This document shows positions 53,369 through 58,402 of a stretch of DNA of 58,402 bases, piece after piece (position 1 is the first letter of the stretch; each line of letters starts with the position of its first letter). The position numbers and the translations under genes are program-made. This DNA is from a virus. Its lineage: Duplodnaviria; Caudoviricetes. The stretch is from positions 1 to 58,402 of the IMG/VR virus record IMGVR_UViG_3300035701_000037, one strand, 5' to 3'. The notes below the pieces were generated by a model, which searched no databases, was not told the origin of the DNA, and was given only the letters and a program-made list of their open reading frames with translations.

Positions 53369-55057
53369 ATGGCAGTAGAGATCAAACCAACGAGATGCGA
53401 AATCGAGAGCAGCCTGGACAGCCTTGCTGACGCTTTCAACCTTGCACTGGTCGAAGAGGACAGCGCCGCGCCGTTGTCGCCTACGGCGCAGGCTTGGCGG
53501 ACGCTCACACGGGGCAGCCTGGTGCGACTGAGGCTCGGGCTCAGGAATCTCGGGCTGATGGACTACGGCACGTTCCGGGTTGACTCGACCGCGCTGGAGC
53601 CCTCCGCAGATTCGTGGACTTCGCGGATCCGGGGCAGGGATCGCGCGGCCGAGTTGATTGACAACCTGGGGCTGGAGATCGGCGAGCCCGCCTGGGCCGG
53701 TGCCGGCGAATTCGATCCGCTTCCACCGGAGGGGCCGCCCTGGTCTGCGCGCCGGATCATCCAGAGAATCTGCACGGCGCTGGGGTTGGGCTTGGTATGG
53801 GATGCGCCCGACTATGCGCCGCGACTGCGGCCGCCAAGCACCGGGGAAGTGGCCCTCGGAGTAAGTGTGGTGACTCCCTTCGGTATCTTTGAGCTTCAGG
53901 CCAGCCCGGACGCAGACATCGCGGTCAAGTCGTTGGAGATACCCGGCTCCTGCAGCAAGGTAATCGGCAGCGCACTCGATCCCCTGCAGCAAGCCAAGCG
54001 CCATCGCACCGACGCGTGGATCGCGGACGACACCCTCTTCGTGCGGCGGCGGGGCAACGGGCCGACGAAGGGCACGATTGACTGCGCGCTCGGCCAGGTG
54101 CGGAGCATCGAGCGCCACATGGAGCCGCTGGTAGGTGAAATCACGGTGCGTATGACGATCTACGAAGCCGTCGAGACGCCGGGCGCGGTCGAGATGAAGC
54201 AAGGCGATGAAGGTTCCACTTCGGGCATTAGGCAGGTCGAGGACGTGGTTGACGGAGAGGTGGTGGCGCGGGAGTCGGAGACGATGAGCATGGCGCCCGT
54301 CGGCGGCGGAGATGGCAGCCCTGGCACTTTGGTGGCTGCGGAGAGCACGAGCACCGAGGAACGCGACGTGCAGACGGATGACCCCAAGGTGGCGCAAAAG
54401 CATGTCAGCTTCCAGAACGACGACAACTTCTTCATGGCGAGCATGGAGGAGCAGACTATCGCACAGACGGAGGAGGGCCCGAAGCCGGTGAGCGCCCGGC
54501 TTGTGAGGCAGGAGCAGATCACTCCCAGAGAGACGCGCACGACGGCCGTCGAGGTGGGGTACGATTGGGACGGCAACCCGTATGTGAGGGCCGGATACCC
54601 CCGCTGGGAGCAGAGCCCCGGAAAACTCCCTGATCCCACCAAGATGCGGCCCAAGGCCAAAGACAGGGGCGACTTTGATCCGCACGAGTTCACTGAAGAG
54701 TTTACCTTCCACCTGCCAACCATGCACCTGGAGCAGAGGGTCGTCATTGGAGGCACGTCCAACGGCGGCGGTACGACGCCGCGTGATTACCAGAACGATG
54801 AGATCACGGGCCGCAGACTCTGCCAGCAGATCGCGGACGACCTATCGGCCGAGAGCGGCAAGTGGGTTTACAACGTGACCCTGACATGGCCGCGTCCGCT
54901 GCTGTATCGGAAGGGCGACAAGGTGACGCTCACCAATCTGCCGGGCGGGTGCCCGGACCTGGTGGATGCGATCATTACCGCCGTGCGCACAAGATACAGC
55001 GAACCGGACGCGCTGTGGACCCACCAGATCGAGGTCGAGGCCTGGAGAGACGACTGA
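53369..55057 (+). CDS. tail hub/baseplate protein
   Basis: SLDSLADAFNL, GTFRVD, IRGRD.AA.LID; GDKVTL..AIITAV. Confidence 0.7.
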   Translation: MAVEIKPTRCEIESSLDSLADAFNLALVEEDSAAPLSPTAQAWRTLTRGSLVRLRLGLRNLGLMDYGTFRVDSTALEPSADSWTSRIRGRDRAAELIDNLGLEIGEPAWAGAGEFDPLPPEGPPWSARRIIQRICTALGLGLVWDAPDYAPRLRPPSTGEVALGVSVVTPFGIFELQASPDADIAVKSLEIPGSCSKVIGSALDPLQQAKRHRTDAWIADDTLFVRRRGNGPTKGTIDCALGQVRSIERHMEPLVGEITVRMTIYEAVETPGAVEMKQGDEGSTSGIRQVEDVVDGEVVARESETMSMAPVGGGDGSPGTLVAAESTSTEERDVQTDDPKVAQKHVSFQNDDNFFMASMEEQTIAQTEEGPKPVSARLVRQEQITPRETRTTAVEVGYDWDGNPYVRAGYPRWEQSPGKLPDPTKMRPKAKDRGDFDPHEFTEEFTFHLPTMHLEQRVVIGGTSNGGGTTPRDYQNDEITGRRLCQQIADDLSAESGKWVYNVTLTWPRPLLYRKGDKVTLTNLPGGCPDLVDAIITAVRTRYSEPDALWTHQIEVEAWRDD

Positions 55058-57204
55058 TGCGCCTGGCGACCGTGATCCGGAACATTCTGCGGGCGGAGGA
55101 GACGATGGGCAGCGGGATCGTCGAATCCGTGCAGCAGAACAGCGCAGCGCTGGTCGGACGAAGCGAGCAGGTGCTCGTAGCCGGGAATTACCTTCCGTCC
55201 AGGGGCGACTGGACGCCGTGGATGCAGATCAAACGGGGCCTCCTGGTGACGCCGTGGAACCTGCGGTATGGGATGCGCCCTCATATTGGGGGCGGGATAG
55301 CGCCCCTCTGGAAGGCAGAGATCGCCGAGGTGGCCTCGGGGGTCGAGGGCGGCTGGACCTATGGCGAGGCGGTGCCGGCGTGCGCGGAGGACCCCGCGGG
55401 CCGCGCGTGGGTGCCAGTGATCGCGGCGCCGGGCTTCCCGTATGCGGCGGTCACGCTCCATTTCTACAGCGCGGAGAATGATCGCCTCCTGGATGGCTGG
55501 CGCAGCCGTGCGAATATCGAATTTGCGCCGCTGGCGTACGGCGTGCACGGCGGGCCGGGGTCCGTCGCCTGTCTCGTGGACGACGGGGGCAGGCTCTATG
55601 CGTGGTGGCACAGGCCAAACGTCTGGCGGCAGACGAAATCAACCGGGGGCATCATGCAATCGGCGCAGGGGGACATTGACCTGCAGAGCGGCGGCCTCGG
55701 GGTGGCCACTGCGGACCTCGAGTTGCCGTACGTGCAAGGCTTCGGCCCCGCGGACTGGGTTGACTACCTGGCGCTGGCAATAGACGAGGACGAGCGCCTC
55801 TGGCTCGCGGCGTCGCTGAAGTACGACCATGCACCCTGCGCACTGCAGCTGCTCTTCGGCAACGAGCTCGAGGAGGGATGGTACGGCTACAGCGTGCACG
55901 TGGATTCCGGCATGGCGGAGTTGGGATCGAGCTCGTGGGGATTTCTGAAGGGCACGGCCGACCCTCACATCAAGACTGAGGATCCTGCCAGGCCCTCCTA
56001 TCCCCGCTTCGTGGAGTATCTGCCGGGCGGCAGCTTCCATCAGGGGAGGAACTACTTCTGCGTGACCGCCTACATCGGGGCGGGGAATACGCCCGAGACC
56101 GAGACGCTGGGCAGCCAAGAGGTGGGGATCGAGTTGCCTGGCGATGGGCTGGCGGTCCGGATGCAGGTCCCGCCCACGCTGGCGAACGGCAACCTGCGCG
56201 TCTATCACAGGGGGCCGGGGATGGGGCACTTCCACCTGGCCTACGATTTCGGGGACGACGAGGGAGGGCAGATCACGCTGACACAGCCGGGGACGGGCAG
56301 GGACTTGCCGGAGGAGACGACGCTGGCGGCGCGTGCGGTGCGCGTGAGCGCCATCAAATCGGGCCCGCCGGGCACGGGATCGCGGATCATCTACCGCACG
56401 AAGGTGCAGGAGAGTCGTGAGGCCCTGAGGCTTCCCTACCCCGACATCTTCCACGTCGGCGCGGTGAGCGGGAATACGGACGACGAGGAATGGGACGACC
56501 ACGTGCCGGACGGCGGGCTCGGCGGCGCGGCCCGCGACCAGGTGGTGGGACAGGGGTTCAGCGCCCTGGCGGTCGGGAGATCGGGCGCGGCGCGGTCGCT
56601 GGGGAGCGTGCAATGGGAGACGGTGCTGCCCTGGGAAAGAAACGACTACCTGGGCGACCGGCCAGCCATTTTGGGGCTGCGGGCCGGAGCCGCGGTCGTG
56701 TTCTACCGCGACGAGGCCGGAAAGCTCGCTGCGAAGCGTTTGGGGGCCGGAGGCGGGGAACTGAGCCTGCCCGGAGGGCCGGAGGCGGCGGTCTGCCAGG
56801 CGGCGATGGTCGAGCGGCAGGGGCAGGTTCTGTGGCGCTCCTTCGAGTGGGGCGATCACGAGGAATGGCATTGGGGCAGGCTCGACCTGAGGGCCAGCAG
56901 GCTCGCGCTGGCGGAGTCGAAGAGTCTCGGGTCGTGGCCCTGGAGCGATGTCTCCCCCGGGTTCACCTGGTCGGAATGGTGGGGATGCGGAGTCGTCCAC
57001 GGAGCCGGCGAGACCGAGGCACGGATATACAATATCGTGGATGCGGAGCGGATCGTGCAGGCGGGCGCACCGATAGGGATCGGGGGTCTGCTCAACTGGG
57101 GCTTCGCTGCGCCGCAGAAAGTGTGGGGCCGCAGGGTGTGGGGCATCTTCGGTAACAGCTGGGACAAACGCGTCCACGTGATCGTCTGGAGGCCGCTCCT
57201 ATGA
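55057..57204 (+). CDS. large tail-tip protein
   Basis: TGATG overlap; contains a domain like that of 49991-50701 (GPPGTGSRIIYRT). Confidence 0.65.
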   Translation: MRLATVIRNILRAEETMGSGIVESVQQNSAALVGRSEQVLVAGNYLPSRGDWTPWMQIKRGLLVTPWNLRYGMRPHIGGGIAPLWKAEIAEVASGVEGGWTYGEAVPACAEDPAGRAWVPVIAAPGFPYAAVTLHFYSAENDRLLDGWRSRANIEFAPLAYGVHGGPGSVACLVDDGGRLYAWWHRPNVWRQTKSTGGIMQSAQGDIDLQSGGLGVATADLELPYVQGFGPADWVDYLALAIDEDERLWLAASLKYDHAPCALQLLFGNELEEGWYGYSVHVDSGMAELGSSSWGFLKGTADPHIKTEDPARPSYPRFVEYLPGGSFHQGRNYFCVTAYIGAGNTPETETLGSQEVGIELPGDGLAVRMQVPPTLANGNLRVYHRGPGMGHFHLAYDFGDDEGGQITLTQPGTGRDLPEETTLAARAVRVSAIKSGPPGTGSRIIYRTKVQESREALRLPYPDIFHVGAVSGNTDDEEWDDHVPDGGLGGAARDQVVGQGFSALAVGRSGAARSLGSVQWETVLPWERNDYLGDRPAILGLRAGAAVVFYRDEAGKLAAKRLGAGGGELSLPGGPEAAVCQAAMVERQGQVLWRSFEWGDHEEWHWGRLDLRASRLALAESKSLGSWPWSDVSPGFTWSEWWGCGVVHGAGETEARIYNIVDAERIVQAGAPIGIGGLLNWGFAAPQKVWGRRVWGIFGNSWDKRVHVIVWRPLL

Positions 57205-57434
57205 GCAGGCTCTATAACGCAATCAAGCGGATGCGGGAGCGCGGGGACAGGGCGGTCATCGGACAGGTATTGGGACACCTGGGCGGCGCGCGTTACCGCG
57301 TGCAGATCGGCGACTATCAGTACGTGGTGGAGGCCGCCGCGGAGGCGACGGCCGAGACGGGACAGGCAGTGGCAGTGCTGGTGCATGGGAGAACCGGGTC
57401 GCCGATCGCGATGCTCGGCCCTGTGAGCGGTTGA
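57201..57434 (+). CDS. small OB-fold-like tail protein
   Basis: ATGA overlap; IGQV..GARYRVQIG...GQAVAV. Confidence 0.55.
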   Translation: MSRLYNAIKRMRERGDRAVIGQVLGHLGGARYRVQIGDYQYVVEAAAEATAETGQAVAVLVHGRTGSPIAMLGPVSG

Positions 57435-57455
57435 AAAAAACAGGAGGTCGGAGCG

Positions 57456-57806
57456 ATGATAATCTATCACGAGGCAGTCACGAAGTTGGCCGTATCGAAG
57501 TCGGACCCCGAGGTGGTCCTGCCCCCGAGGGACCTCGACACGAGACCGCGGAGGGTGCTGTCGTTCAGCGTCGCCGGCGGGTCGGGCAAACTCGCCCTCG
57601 CAAATGCCAAGGTACAACTGGGCCCCACCGCCACCGGTCCCTGGTTCGATGAGGATCTCAGCGGGACCGGGATCCCGACCCTCGCCGCCGGCAGTAACGC
57701 AGTCTATCGGATGGACAGGGCCGATCACTGGCTGCGCGTGCTGGCGCAGGGCGCAACGGCGACGGGACAGACCGATCTTACGGTCTACCTGGACGCGGCA
57801 GGATAA
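57456..57806 (+). CDS. hypothetical beta-sandwich structural protein
   Basis: RBS ggag. Confidence 0.55.
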   Translation: MIIYHEAVTKLAVSKSDPEVVLPPRDLDTRPRRVLSFSVAGGSGKLALANAKVQLGPTATGPWFDEDLSGTGIPTLAAGSNAVYRMDRADHWLRVLAQGATATGQTDLTVYLDAAG

Positions 57807-57851
57807 GACGCGGGCACGCCCCGCAAACTGAGCCTGCAGAAAGGGAGAACT

Positions 57852-58154
57852 ATGTCGGGAGAAGCAATCGCAGGCATCATCACCGCCGGCGGCGGCGTGC
57901 TGGTCGGAGTGATGGAAGCCTATCGTAGGATCGCGGCGGGCAACACCAAGCGGATCACCAACGCCATCGGCCAGCAGACCGCAGCAATCAACCAACAGAC
58001 GGGGACGATCAACGGCCTGGTCGCGAAGAATGGGCGGGACCAGACCTATTTACAGGAAGCAGTTCGCTCGCTGAAGGATGTGGCCATCACGATGTTGCGC
58101 ACGAGCGAGCGCTGCGAGACCGTCGAGTCCATACGCCGTGGCAGGGCAGACTAG
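57852..58154 (+). CDS. membrane-anchored coiled-coil protein
   Basis: N-terminal TM then a Q/N-rich helix; RBS gggag. Confidence 0.55.
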   Translation: MSGEAIAGIITAGGGVLVGVMEAYRRIAAGNTKRITNAIGQQTAAINQQTGTINGLVAKNGRDQTYLQEAVRSLKDVAITMLRTSERCETVESIRRGRAD

Positions 58155-58189
58155 GCCCACAGTCATGATGGCGCAATAAGGAGGAGAGA

Positions 58190-58402
58190 ATGCCTGCAAC
58201 CTGGCAAGAAGGCGAGACAATCCCGCCGATCCTCTTCACCGTTACCGAGGACGGCCAACCTTTCGACTTCACCGATGTCGCGGTCGCACTCCGGTTTGCC
58301 CTCTCTGGCCAGGCGGCGCTCTGGGAGAAGGACTGCCTGGTTGATGAGCCAGAAACCGCCGGCAAGTGTCGCTACGAATGGGATGAGGGCGATCTGGCCA
58401 TT
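58190..58402 (+). CDS. BppU-like baseplate protein, N-terminal part (truncated by window end)
   Basis: QEGET.P.ILFTV..DGQPFDFT...AGKCRYEWDEGDL; RBS aggaggag. Confidence 0.7.
   Translation, partial: MPATWQEGETIPPILFTVTEDGQPFDFTDVAVALRFALSGQAALWEKDCLVDEPETAGKCRYEWDEGDLAI

Overview
The window is an essentially complete, circularly permuted genome of a GC-rich temperate siphovirus-like phage. The last ORF (58190-58402) and the first (2-109) look like two halves of one BppU-like gene. Almost all genes are on the + strand, in this order: tail-tip and collagen fibre genes, a GT2-methyltransferase fusion, M15 endolysin, a solo RAMP/Cas7-like gene, attP (3' half of tRNA-Pro) with a tyrosine integrase, SbcD/SbcC, ParB, an initiator with iterons, a HerA-like ATPase, RuvC, two DNA methyltransferases, terminase, portal, minor capsid, scaffold, major capsid, neck, tail tube, frameshifted chaperones, tape measure and tail tip. 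The standout is the minor-capsid intein (34216-35310): it has no sense-strand homing endonuclease, but its interior is the in-register antisense strand of a DUF559/Vsr-like endonuclease with its own sigma70-type, apparently leaderless promoter. A free-standing antisense HNH cassette (51237-51937) has the same architecture. Other leads are three ACAACTGAATA-headed leaders with terminators (two with a clear antiterminator alternative) before the late modules, a 57-nt in-frame copy of capsid coding sequence inside a small early Zn-finger gene, and attP lying inside the long form of the integrase ORF. All calls come from motif recognition by eye; no database searches were run.
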